This document shows, piece by piece, positions 13,501-29,400 of a DNA stretch of 64,000 bases. The notes beneath the pieces were generated by a model that was not told where the DNA came from, did not search any database, and saw only the letters and a program-made list of their open reading frames with translations. Where the stretch lies: positions 95,320 to 159,319 of the forward strand of contig NMRA01000733.1 of NCBI GenBank assembly GCA_002633005.1. Reading direction: 5' to 3'. This DNA comes from Phoronis australis (lineage: Eukaryota; Animalia; Phoronida). How positions within the stretch are numbered: position 1 is the first letter of the stretch; every line of letters starts with the position of its first letter. A program made the position numbers and the translations under genes.

Positions 13501-14921
13501 AAATTAATTACTTTTCATTGGTGTCAAGAAGCCTATATCGTCCGAACCTCTTGCATGTTAGCCAACCTGCGAGTTTGATGACGTCGCAGCCCACTCGGTC
13601 GGGCCTGGGACGAGACCTGACCAAGTAAACCTACAAGCAAAACTGAAGTTTATTGAGCTTTAAAAATAGTTGCTAACTTTCTAGAGACACATATAAGAGG
13701 TAATCGTTTCTTTCGGATCTGCTGGGTAAATGTCAAATGAAACTGAATACTTTTCCTTGGCGTCGGGACTTCCCGGATTGGTAGCCAACCCGGGATTTTG
13801 ATGACGTCACAGCCCACTCGGTCCGGCCTGGGACGAGACCAGACCAAGTAAACCTACAAGCAAAACTAAAGTGTATTGAGCTTTAAAATTAGCTGTTAAC
13901 TTTCTAGAGACACGTATAGGAGGTAATCGTTTCTTTCGGATTTGTTGGATAAATGTCAAATGAAATTGAATACTTTTCTTTGGCGTCCGGACTTCCTGGT
14001 AGCCAACCCGGGAGTTTGATGACGTCACAGCGCACTCGGTCCGGCCGTTGAAGAGACCGGACCAAGTAAACCTGCAAGCAAAATTTCAATTCATTAAGCC
14101 GTATAAATTGGCTGATAACTTTCTAGACACGCAGACGAGGTAATGGTTGCTGGGTAGTACACGTCAAATGAAATGAATTTCTTTTCATTGGCGTTAAGTA
14201 TTGTCTCGACCGCCTCAGTGGTAGCCAGCCCAAGTAAAACTCAGTTAGAAAGAAATTTTATGTTTTGAAACGCTAGTAACTTGGAATTGTATTCTATGGA
14301 ATCAGTAGGAAGTTGCCAACAATAAGTAATTACAAATATAGACGAAAATTTTGTCACTGAGAACTTTTCAAAACACTGAGACCGTTGCCAATGAATCCGG
14401 GGTAGATCATGCTCAACACTTGTGGTATCAAGGTACTAGGTGAGAGACACAAAAACGTAATAGTTTTTAACAGAGAAAAGCACGAAAAACGATTCTAGAT
14501 ATTGGGAATTTAAACAAAAGACGCGTAATTCTTATGTGTTATCATTCTGCTGGTCCGTCCGGCACAGACCAGACCAATTAAGTAAACCTGCAAGCAAACC
14601 TAAATTGTATTGAGCAGTGAAAATCGGTTGATAACTTTCTAGAAACACGTAGAAGAGTCAAAGATTTTGTTGGAGATGCTTGGACTTTTCATTGGCGTCA
14701 AGTATGTCGTCCAGACTTCTGCGCCCAGCAGTTTCAGATGACAGCCCACTCGGTCCGGCCTGTGATGAGACCGGACCAAGTAAACCTGCAAAAGGAATAC
14801 TGAAGTGTATTGAGTCGCAGAAAACTTTTGATAACTTTCTAGAGACACGTTGAAGGGGTAATGGCTTTGTTGGAGCTGCTGGGTACATGTCAAACGAAAT
14901 AAATTACTTTTCATTGGCGTT
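10525..14921. repeat. Complex inverted (foldback-like) array of about 13 units sharing a conserved block ending in a stem-loop core
   Basis: Core TTGCAGGTTTACTTGGTCCGGTC-loop-GGCCGGACCGAGTGCGCTGTGACGTCATC on + at about 10572, 11128, 11522, 11751, 12297 and partial at 12791. On - it ends at about 13062, 13389, 13637, 13859, 14077, 14592 (partial) and 14791. Orientation switches near 12820. Confidence 0.88.
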
Positions 14922-14923
14922 AT

Positions 14924-15200
14924 AACCCAGTAAACATGCAGGTACTGGGCCAATACTGGCCCTGAAATGTCTTCTGTATTGGCCCAATGATGTAGGCCAG
15001 TACTGGCCCAATAACATTCTGCACACCTTCCCCGTATTGGCCCCGATACAAGATTGCGGTATCGAGCCAGTAAAGGACCAGTACAACGCCATTACTGGGC
15101 CAGTACACCAATAACCGGTTTCGGCCTTGTAAAGGGCCAGTATTGACAGACTGTGTTGGCCCAGTACAGGGCCATTGACGGGCTCCTATTAAGCCAGTAC
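14924..15200. mobile_element. Probable CMC/EnSpm-like transposon end with dense subterminal repeats
   Basis: Begins ACCCAGTAAACA, followed by many GGGCCAGTA(C)/TACTGGCCC motifs in both orientations. The matching opposite end was not found. Confidence 0.45.
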
Positions 15201-15329
15201 ACTAGCTGTGACTTGCAAGAAGAAAAGACTCTTGTTCTTTAATACTTTTATTACTATGAAACTGCTCAGGTAAAATACTTACAAAAAATTATGAATTATA
15301 CAAATAACAACTAAGAAACTAATTATTTT

Positions 15330-16000
15330 TAACAAAACTGTCTCGGGCTTATTAGTGGACTGGTAGCTTCACACATGCAGTCTTCACCCTCCCTCCCTGT
15401 CTCCAGCGTTTCGGAACATGGTGCCTCTTTTACTATTAAGTTTGCATTAGCATTACTGTGCTCCTTGACCACAATCCCTGAAGTAAAACAAAAACTGCTT
15501 AGTATCTTTGAGTACAAACTAAAAGACTCCACTATACATTTTCCAGATAAGTTATGCATAATAAGAATTACCTAAAGACACTGCATATCATTCCAACAAG
15601 AAACTTATTTGCAATGTATAATCTGCAAGATATAAATGTTTCACTCTTTCTTAACACAAGTATTGTAGGACTTCAGATTCTTGTAATAAATATTTTCAGA
15701 AACGACTTTTTATTCATCCCATTTCTTCCCAAAATGTCTATTGTCTATTTTTTACCATTTTTAAATTCCTAAAAAATACTTCACAATCTTACAAAAAGTC
15801 TTATGAGCATCAATTGATGGTTTTGCTCTGTGTTTACACACAATTGACACTGATGTGACCTTTTCAACTTTGTCCCCAAGCCTCAAGATGGCGCTTATGG
15901 GTTTAGCCATTTGAGGCTTGTATTGGTTATAGGAATTACTTTCTGCAGTGATTGACCGATGCCTTGACGTCATTGAACAAAGACAGATGGTAATTATTTT
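15330..16000 (-). pseudogene. Degraded DUF4806/BEN-like transposon accessory gene fragment
   Basis: Minus-strand peptides ILGRNGMNKKSF and, across a frameshift, IVVKEHSNANANLIVKEA..MFRNAGDREGG*R resemble the GxxGKKxF and WLRxAxDRxGGR signatures as I recall them. Acceptor TTTTACTTCAG at about 15478; stops and frameshifts present. Confidence 0.35.
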
Positions 16001-18324
16001 CACATTGCAGCCATTCATGCGACAGAAGGCATTGTTTTAGTTATTGTCTGAAGTAAAGGTTGTACTTATTTTTCAATTCTTATTTATGAATAGTATTAAT
16101 GTGTTTTTGAAACAAAATACATCATTTTTGCAATAATTTAGATCTAAATTGGTACAATATACCATTAGTTTTATTTTTAAGTTCACTTCATCCCTAGATC
16201 AACTATGTAAACGCTGAACTTAACTAATTTTATGGAGAAATCCTTAAAGAGTTACGCAAATAAACAAAAAAATCAATCAGAGGAACCCCCCGCAATGTTC
16301 TCAATTTTTCTGTACTAGCAGGTGTTTCATCAAAACTGATGTTCAAATAGAGTCATGCTGGCGTGAAACTGGCAAATATCAACCAGACACTTGGGTTTAT
16401 CTGTTCCTCGATCACCAGTGAGTTCACTCACTGGGCTACATGTTAAAACAGAAAGGTTGGACATTAAAAATTGGTTTGCTCAGTATTTTCTACCCAATTG
16501 TGCATGGAACTAAACGAAATCAACACCAAACAATTTTTTGAATACCTTCTTTCACTTTATCATATTAAAACTGCCTTCGAGAGGTGATTTACATACAAAA
16601 ATGTTGAAGCCCATCAAGGTTATTTTTTGACGTTAATGGCAGATCACTGTCATACAAATCCGGATTGTTCATAAACCGTGCCGAAGCAATTCCGAAGCTC
16701 TTGTTTTAGTCTGCCCACGAATGCTAGTTGAGTGTCGCTTACATAATTTAATTTCGCTTTGAATGTATTTAAACTCTGGGTTTATAAAATCCCTAACTCA
16801 GTATGTTACCACTTAATTACACAAAGTCTGCCAGACACAACTCTTTGAAAGGACATACTTTTTATCATCAGGGGCACCCAAACGACACTGGTTCAAATGT
16901 GGTCAGGAATATCCCTGTTTATGCAATACCAGTCTGAGGGAGGTGCACACTAATTTACTTGGATTTAGAACAGTTGAAGCTGGCAGCCTAGGAATTGGCA
17001 AAATTTCAGTGTCCAACCTTAATGTTAAAGTTTATAATATGGTTAACTTATGGGTCATCGGGAAATTCCTCCGCCCCTGTTGTAAATCACAGGCATCCTC
17101 AACTTCTGATCATCCTTAATAATAGGCCTATCATAAGGCATGACACTCAGAACTAGTAATTCCATGAGTGCTTCACTTCACACAAAAATCGAGTGTCCGA
17201 CCTTTTTGTATTATAGTGTATTTGGGCGGTTAGACTCAGAGGCTGATGATGCCTGTGGTTTTACTCAGACGTCCTCACCTTCTGATCGTAGCCAATACAC
17301 TATACATATATACCACACAGTATGACACTCAGAACTAAAAATTTCATGTGTGCTTCAAGTTAACTGTCGACTAGTAAAACTTGAAGAGAAAGTAATGTTT
17401 TTTGACAGCAAATAGTGTCTGAGTGTTCTGTGGAATGTGTGAAGTTATTAACGATCACTAATTACATAGGCTAAGAGTTTGCCACTCGATTTGCATAAAT
17501 ATCTCTATGCCGCCTATGAGACCCCGCCGCGGCGGCGTTGCTTTTAAGGCCAGGGCCGGTGTCGAGCCAAGTTCCGTAATGGTTTTCTAACAATGAAGAG
17601 CACGAAAAACTGTTATAGACATCGAAAATGTGAAAAAGCAGATGAAAAGATGATGTGGAATCTAAATGTTTGATTCGTGGCGTCAGTATTATCACCGGGG
17701 TGCTCCTATATCCCGCCTGCCCGTGACTAAAGCAATTGCTTACTCTATTTCCTGTTCAAAACATTAAAATGAAGATTTTTGTTGGCCAGAATTATTTTGG
17801 CGCCACACGAGGTCCTAATGATAACATGCTCATAAAAATGAAATCTAATTTCGAAAAACCGTATTTGATATACAACCCGGCGTTCATGTTATTAACACAG
17901 GTGGTAAACTCAGTTCATTCCATCAACGCCTACGTCATTTGCCACTCAGTGGTCGGAGGTATCTATTGGTCTGCGAGGTAAGACCGTGTAAGCCGACCAA
18001 GCTCACTTGGTCGGGTAGCCTACTTGATCTGCGACATCTTACTGAAAATGCGCGGCCTGTGTTATCACTTCTCTATCGTATCGTACACTGTTGGATCATA
18101 TATAGCCGAGGTTAAAGTGTGTGTCTGTTTCCTCCCGGCACCGACATTACCGAAATCGAACTGCTCATAAAGGTAACTTTTCGTAGACAGTGTTGTTGGC
18201 AAAGGCACCCTATGTAAAATGGCAGGGAAACTGGTTAAGAAAAATTCCGCCACCGACTAGGCGACTGAGCGGCACGCCCAGCAGTAGATCTAGAAGTGGA
18301 ATTTATTTACCGCGGGTATCGAGG

Positions 18325-20827
<2,503 letters not shown>

Positions 20828-22383
20828 AATGCTTGCTAAGTATCTGTGATCATTTGCTTTATTTTGAACATTAGCCCATGTACATATGTAGGTATTGCCT
20901 GAAATGTGTCTTGAGTGCAATAAGAGAGGCTCAAGTTGGTGCTCCTCCAAGGATTCAGTGTGTCAAGGAATGAGCTGACATAACGTGTCATATTGAGACT
21001 TAATGCAGCAGGTGACACCTGGTGTGTATAACATCTATTTGTTACAGATCTGTATCAAACCACAGTGATGGACTAGATGAGTACTGTTGCTTTGTGCCAT
21101 TTCACTGTAGCTTGAAGTTTTGTACAGAAGTAATATAAATTGTTACCAAGCTGTAGTGATAGATAAATTGACTGTGATAACTTAAAACATTATTTATTAA
21201 AACAGTTTTTGCAGTCCTTAACACATGTTTTTATTGACACACTAATTCTTTAAAAAGGAAATATTGGATTATGGATGGTACAGCATAAACAAAACACTGA
21301 ACCAACAGCAATATTTTAGATTAAGGGTAACACTGGTCCACATATTCCATTCCTATGTGAAACTTGCAAGGTGTTGACTACAGGGTGTGTGTTCTGCAGA
21401 GCAAGCCTCTTTCAGAAGTATCGCGAGTCTCCATCAGACCAAAGTAGTTCTCAGTATGATGTTGAAAAAGGACAAAAACCAAGAGGGACTCTCCATTAAA
21501 ACGCAGTGCACAGGGTCACTTTCAAATTGAGCTTGAGGCCAATTTTGCCAGTTTCAGTCTGTCCCAAGCCATCAAAACATTCAGACTTGTTTGGACATTC
21601 TGAGAATGACTTTGATGTGACAGGGCCCAGGTCACACAAAACCACGCAAGAGAATGGCAAGTGTTTTGGGAGTAAGCTCGTGTGACCTCACTAACCTCTA
21701 CTAGCAAAATGGCCATTACTTAACTGATCAGTCAGCCAGGCTGAAATTTTGAATAAGCTAACTTCTCACTGCAATATCAACAAACCATAGCCCTGGTCAT
21801 TAGGTTCTTTGGAATTGTGAGGTCCTGCTAGGCAGAGGGTAAAATAAGGGAACACTAAACTTCACTAAATCGAATATTAAGGGGTAGCATTTAAATGTTC
21901 TGAAGTTGATTACATGTTGGCTAGTGTGCACTAACAGTAATTGGTCAAGTGGTCAGTTGTCATTGTTTGGCCAAAGTCACCCATTCCTACCAAAAACGAT
22001 TCATAATGCCCAAATCTCAAATACTGCGAGACCATTTGGGTCTGTCATAACCAAATTTTAAATTGAAAGGTAACTGCAAAAGTTAGATAATTGAGAGACA
22101 TACTTTGAATAAACATCTACATTTCAACTCCCTTTTGACTATGATCCTAGAGCCATGTTTGAGCTTGCAAAATGTATTCAAACCTCCAGGTAGCACGGAC
22201 TGCACAAGAGGAAACACGAATAAAACGACATACGAGGTCCCTCGTTTTCACAAGTGACTCGTCAGAATATCACCTGGAGTTGCCTAATACCCCGCTAGAA
22301 ATTGACCAAGGCCTAGTTTCTAAATGCAATGTGCTTTTTAAGCTGCTGTGTTCGTATGGTGGTTCATAGAATTAATGGCCTTA

Positions 22384-22536
22384 CAGTAAAACTTGCATAA
22401 GTTGGACACGTATAAGTCGGATTTTTGCTTAATTCAGTGGCACAGTTGTTGGCCCACTTGGGACTTGAGACATTTCACCTTACTCGGATGAAACCTCTTA
22501 GTACAGTTGGATCCGACCTAATTGTGAGTTTTACTG
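22384..22536. mobile_element. Tc1/mariner-pogo-type MITE (degenerate)
   Basis: Imperfect TIR TA|CAGTAAAACTTGCATAAGTTGGA ... TCCGACCTAATTGTGAGTTTTACTG|CA; the right TA is mutated. Confidence 0.5.
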
Positions 22537-23453
22537 CATAAAAGAAGAAAGTAATCCAACCACTTTAATACATATAGTAAATATATAGATGCTGAGGTAT
22601 GAAATAATACATTATTATACAAATATTACTACATTTAAAATAAAAACATTAATAAAATGGGTTACGCAGAATCACAACTCCATTTCTCAACAGAGTGAGG
22701 ACAGCATCTGTCCATGACATGAATACCACACAGTGATACAAATACGATACTGAGATAAAAACGACAAATAGAATGACAAAGCCTGATACCACAATCATTA
22801 ACAGCGAAATTGCTTTCAAGCCTACAAAATGTGTCATGTTACAATTTTGTGGTATCTCAGATAGAGATGAAACAGAAGTTTTAACATAATGTAGACAAGA
22901 TCAGAGATATCCGTCCTAAGTACAAGTACGGTTTTACCATGCCTTTACAAGCTTGTATCCGAAATAATGCTTAGTAATGCCCCTTTTCACACCCTTTTTA
23001 CCAAAGTGGTTTACGTATTGACATATGCGCCTAAGTTTTGCACATAAGCCCAGGTAATGTGCCCTGCATAAACCCATATTAATTTGTATATAGGTGCACC
23101 CGTTTTGACTACTGCTATGCTTCCTAATGGCAATTTTTATGGTTGGCTCAGTCAGTACCTTTGAAGTTCCTTGCCGTGTTTTCAAGAAATTTGACAAAAA
23201 TAATTGGTTCCAAGCAACTGACAAATCACATATAGAGCATGACTGTTGTGTCAATGAGCCAAAAGTGCAGCATGTACTGTATGAACAAACAAGACGAACA
23301 AAGTTACCAAAGGAACTGCAGTGGTGAAATTTTTTCGATAAGTAATGTAATGAATACAAAAACAATAGAGCGAGGCTGGAAAAGGGATTCCTTTCTTCTA
23401 CAACTGCCAACATGAAAGTCAGATCCACTTCACCAGTTGACCTGTTCAGCTTC

Positions 23454-26400
23454 TTATGTGCATTCACCATCAGTTCTCAGCTCAGCGTGTCTGTATTTCA
23501 GTAGTTCAAGACAGCAATTATGCCAATATACAAAGGCAATAACTACAATAATGTGCCACAGCTGATGGCTAGACCCAATAAAATCCACTTTACCTACAAC
23601 ACGCAGAAACACATGTCAATTAAAACAAACAATAAAGCACAATGTGAATGAGCAGCCCCCACACTGCAGTTATTCAACATTAAGGACAGTACTAAGGAAA
23701 AAGTCTTCTCTATCAGATTTCTGGAAGTACAATTACATGTTGACACACCATCAGTAGTGGTACACACCATCAGAAGTGGTACACACCATTAGTAGTGGAA
23801 CACAGCATTAGTAGTGGTACACACCATCAGTAGTGGTACACACCATCAGTAGTGGAACACAGCATTAGTAGTGGTACACACCATCAGTAGTGGTACACAC
23901 CATCAGTAGTGGTACACACCATCAGTAGCGCAACACACCATCAGTAGTGCAACACACCATCAGTAGTGCAACACACCATCACTAGTGGTACACAAACTGT
24001 TTCACACAGACACTGCATTTAGAGCTGTATTTTGCCCTATTTAGCTGCCTAAAAACTAAAACCCAATTAGGTCTTTTATTCTCATTTAAAAATAATTTCA
24101 TAATGTTCTATAGCATGATTCTATTTCAGTGACCAACAAGAATATCATAAGCATGAGAAACTCAAGGAAATGATTCTGAGTTTATTTGGGTTGGCCAATC
24201 TTACATGTTGCCTAAAGCCTGAAACTTGAGTTTATGGCTCATCCTAAATGTTGACTATAGCCTGAGACTTGAGTTTAAGGCTCATTCTAAATGTTGACTA
24301 TAGACTGAGACTTGACTTTAAGGCGCATTCTAAATGTTGACTATAGACTGAGACTTGAGTTTATGGCTCATTCTAAATGTCGACTATAGCCTGACACTTG
24401 AATTCATGGCTCATTCTAAATGTTGACTATAGCCTGAGACTTGAGTTTATGGCTCATTCAGCAACAGTTCAAGATCAGATGAGCCTGGTAATGTTTTTGA
24501 ACCCCAAAGTTCTTTAACTAAGAAGTGAACATTGACAGTTAAACAGCAGTGAAATGCCCCTTTAAGTATTTTGTCAATTATTAAGCATGCTTAAAAATCA
24601 GACATTAGAAGTTCAACACAAATAGATTTGGGATGCACAGACTTGGATGCTCACGCACAGACACATTATTTTCAAGTTTTTTTCAAAATGGGATATTAGG
24701 GACATTTGGCTTGATGATTTAACAAGACATTTGACTGACTTACCTGGGCAGCATTTCTCTGGAACTTTCGTTAAGTAAATGGCCAAGGCAACAGCCCCCA
24801 ATGTATACATTGTTATCACTTTAGGCATAAATATCTGAAACAAAGAGTTTTACAAATTTATAATGTGCTTGCAGTTCATGGCTCCCAAATAAGGCAACAA
24901 GAGCAAGGCAGAGATGTGTGCCCACAGTGTGTACTGCACATGGCAAACTTTGTAAGGGGTGCTCATTTTTACGAATGGTTCTGCACACAAGAAAAAGCAA
25001 TATTGGTGAACTTGAACTTGAGTCTAAAGCGTGTAGTGCTAGTCAACTGATATGGGGTAATTCCATTTGTGATGGAGGTACAATCAGAGAACATTTTGAC
25101 CAATTGTGAAAAGTTTTCATCCTAGGAAAATAATTAATACATCAATTGTTAGGTTTCATTGTCATATAGCTTCCAAAGCATGTAGAAACTTTTCTCCTAT
25201 CTTGTTATCTGACGGAGGAAATTTCGTTTAAAGGGGTGTGACGGACGTAAACAGAGTATTTGAATTTTTTAAAAAAAAATTAACGTTAATTGTCTGTGAG
25301 TTGCACCGAGTTAGAATTTTTTTGTTTGATATGATGATTTAGTGGAATGTTTGTAAAGTACAACATACTAATATGATGATTTAGTGGAATGTTTGTAAAG
25401 TACAACATACTAATGTGATGATTTAGTGGAATGTTTGTAAAGTACAACATACTAACATGATGATTTACTGGAATGTTTGTAAAGTACAACATACTAATAT
25501 GATGATTTAGTGGAATGTTTGTAAAGTACAACATACTAATATGATGATTTAGTGGAATGTTTGTAAAGTACAACATACTAATGTGATGATTTAGTGGAAT
25601 GTTTGTAAAGTACAACATACTAATATGATGATTTAGTGGAATGTTTGTAAAGTACAACATACTAATATGATGATTTAGTGGAATGTTTGTAAAGTACAAC
25701 ATACTAATATGATGATTTAGTGGAATGTTTGTAAAGTACAACATACTAATGTTTTGATGATATCTTTAAAGAAATTTTTTTTAGACAACTTTATGTAAGA
25801 TGAGTTAGTGTGAGGGATGTACGTGATGGACGTATGCTCTGAATTTCTAGTATTAAACTTCAGAATTTAGGCTATGCTAGTCTTTTGCTACTGATTCCAT
25901 ATTTTTTTAATCAAAATACACCGACTGACCTTTTGCATGAAATCATCACCCCAGGTAAGCCAATGCTGGGAATGTACTCTAGGATTTTATTTTTTTTAAC
26001 ACATTTGATTAACGATATAATACAACCTCCCAAAATCCTCACTTTTCTTTGAAGATGTGGACGGTAATGAGAGAGATAATTATTTTGTATACAACACCTG
26101 TTGGTAATCAGGAAAACTGTTTTTATGCGTTAAGTAGGTATGACAAAATTCAAAACTTGTCTAGTAAATAAATATGAATATCCTAAATATAAAATGTGAA
26201 ATAAAGTTTAAAACATTATCAATCATCATTGTATTGTAACAACATAGTAGGACTTGCCCTAAGCTTGTACAGACTTGTCTGGACAATATAAGTGATTATG
26301 ATGCATGCCCATGTCAATAATAAAGGTGCTGTTTTAAAAATATTAGTATCAAGATTTCAGTATCTTCTTATAACAAACTATGAAGCAAACAATTGGTTCA

Positions 26401-29400
26401 GCATGGTTTAGTTGACACTTGACAGCATCATCTTGTAGCATTCGAATTTTGATCAAAACACCGGTGCTGTCTTGCAGTGTTAAGGCAGACATTAAATTTA
26501 GGATTACAATTTAGGAATACGTGGAACTAATAAAATTATCAAATGTTGGTCCTTAGTAATAAGCTTGATTAGCTTTTCATTTAGCAATATTTTCTTCTTT
26601 GCAATTTTAAAAGATGCATTTAATTAAGGTCACTTTAGGGTTCATGCAGATACAATTTGAATTTCTTGATCCATGATGGCATTTTTTCAAGTTTCAGAGA
26701 ACTTTCCAGCAGATATTTGCTCCTCTCCCAGTTGCACCTAGTCTCCAACAATTCCCTCTTTTGTTTCTAAAAGCTGGTTCAATCTCCTCAAAATTGCAGT
26801 AGAAAAAGAGATAATCTTTCTCAAAAAATTGCGAGATCAAGGTTCTTGTTTTGCCAAAAATATGTAAAATTAGGCAATGTAATCATCTGCTATGAAATCA
26901 TTTCATACAATCCACCCAAAACACTGAAAAACAAGAGCTACTACAGTCACTGAAGGTGTGACAAAACGCTTTATAAAGTAGCTCACAGTTTTCTATCACT
27001 TAAAAATTCCCAGCATCGGCTTTTTACCAAAAAAGAAAACAGCATAACGAGTCATAACAAAAATAACATGATGATTCCAGCAAAACAGCAACTTGACATG
27101 TATTCCTTTCGGACTCTTATTACTCCAGTGCTCCCATGGAAATCTTTGATATGAATACTTTTTGCTTCAGATGTTTTCCAAAAACTAAGGACTTCTTTAC
27201 AAACATGGGGCACTAACACAAAAACAATAAGTTAACATTTTGTTTTACTTACATTCTATCATGTGGTCTCACTGTTTAATTTTTACAAGTTGAATTCTCT
27301 AAGAATAACTTGATGACACTTCTCACCAGATACTTTTGAAATTCAAAAAGTCCAATGAGAGAGCAACTTAATTTTATGGCTGTCTGTTTAATATTTAATC
27401 ATTTTAGGTTCTTAGGTGTGAGACAAATTGCATCTTCTGCAAGTTTGGAAAGTAAAAATAAGACTTAAGGTTATATTTATTGGCTGAAAATTGTAATTTC
27501 ATGGGTGTGACGGACATACGTGACGGGCGTACAAATTTGCTGTAGGTCTGTCACACAATTCCTGACTTAACAAATAATCCCTGGGATCTAAAATTTTGGT
27601 CAAAGGTATTGAGTAACAAGTTCAAAGAGAATCTGAAATTATTTTAATTTTGATTGAGAACTTAACGTAACTAAACTTTTTAGCACTTTTTTGTGATGGA
27701 CGTACGGCAACATGATATCCAGGAGTTGGCCTTTGACCCAAGGAGGTCAACAATGCGATACTGGTCAAATGATATTTTTTGGAAAGGCTTCATGTGATTG
27801 TGCAAATTTGATAATATAGCAAAATACCCATAATTAGCTGACACAATAATTAGTAAGACACATAAAAAAATGGGTAATTCTTTAGGGTCAAGTGATCCCC
27901 AATAGTGGGTCCATTTACGAAAAAAAAAAAAAGCTACAGGAAATTGAAATATGAGCCCTGAAAGAGAGATTGGGCTTTCAGGTGACACCAGAAATGTTTA
28001 TCTGGACACAGTTTTAATTTTTTGTCTCTGGGTTGACCTTTTCATGGAATTGCACAATAATCAATGCTAGTCATGCTCACGTCAAGAGATATTCACTTGT
28101 CACTATGATTCTTCAACAATTTGGCAGATAGAGAGGTGGATACCAATAGTAATTACTGTCTGTTAAATAAAATTACCACTAGGGGCGCAGTACCAGTTGG
28201 AGCTGTCTGAAAATGGGCATGTGCTGCTTTATCCTGAATTAATGTTATCTGCCACATCACACTCCTTCATCAAACTGGTAGGTATAAATGCAAAAACAAA
28301 TACCACCAGGAAGAGCAGCAGTACTCAAATACCACCAGATGGAGCAGCAGTACTCAAAACAGTCCAAAGATCAACCATCAGGCAAAATGGCTGCAGTGAA
28401 ATTTCAGGGTCATGCTATCATGCCTGATTTGAGTAGGCTAGTTCATCAAAAGAACTAATGAGAATGTTCATGCAGACTGTGAGAGAGGAAGAATGGCAGC
28501 CATGACACTAATACGACTGCAAGAAATGAGGACTATATTCTTGAAATATTCTATAATTCAGACTCATGCTTTATCAGATAATATTGCTTGATGGTCCATC
28601 TACTGTATAAAAATGTTACCACTTTTATTATTCTAGACCAAACCCAATACAGTATCTGACCCAGCATATTCTTTCTGCGTTCTACAGCTTAAAACTAACA
28701 CCACAAAAAGCAAGACGTCAACCACAACACATAAAATATGAAAAGCTCTCAGGTACTATAACAGTAAGCATTGGGGTTGGGCAGTGGCTTCTCACTTTTA
28801 CACCTATAGGAGATAAAACCCCATTTCTTTCTCTAAAGCTGTTTTACTGAGACAAGCAGGGAACAAGTATTGCGAAAGATTACATATCAGCACAATAGCA
28901 ACCATCTGCTACTTACCACAAATTCCTCAAAGAATCCAGTGTAGTGAGTCATTGCAATGCCCCAGCGTATCGTGGGTATAATGCCAAATAAAACTAGAGC
29001 AACATAGAGCACGGTCCGCTTCCTGGCCCAAGAAGGGGAAAAATAGTTCTTGTTAAACTGCAGCGCAAGCACCACCAGTGACAAAACAATGACACAGAGC
29101 ATGAAGATGTCTCTTTCAGTCTGGAAATACAAACACAGAGAGACTTGGAATAAACAACTGACCGTTAGCTATTCTTCACAAAATACAACTACATGAGAAA
29201 TGGACAACTTCACTGAACACAATTATTGACACTTTCACTCCAAAACACAAAAATGACACCAAGCAAGCCCCTTTATGTTATTACATAATAACAACTACAG
29301 ACCCAAACCACTTTTATTTTATTACCCGGTACATGATAACGTCAACTGAGCAAACCTCTTTGTTTTATTGTGTGATAACATCTACTGAGCAAGCCACTTT

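Noticed and set aside
10525-14921. CRISPR-like or tandem-exon interpretation of the hairpin array (each core follows a TTGCAG acceptor-like motif)
   Set aside because: Spacers are long and homologous to each other, not unique. I found no consistent donor site or conserved reading frame; the short ORFs differ in frame and are broken by indels.
22934-23470. 178-aa minus-strand ORF
   Set aside because: Lies in the PAQR3 3'UTR in a different frame, with no recognisable domain.
25286-25744. 152-aa repetitive ORF
   Set aside because: Translation of a 42-bp tandem repeat in a PAQR3 intron.
25095-28055. Possible 3-kb DNA transposon with CAATT..GAAAAG ends and GGGTGTGACGGAC motifs
   Set aside because: The terminal match is too degenerate and no TSD is evident, so boundaries cannot be supported by eye.
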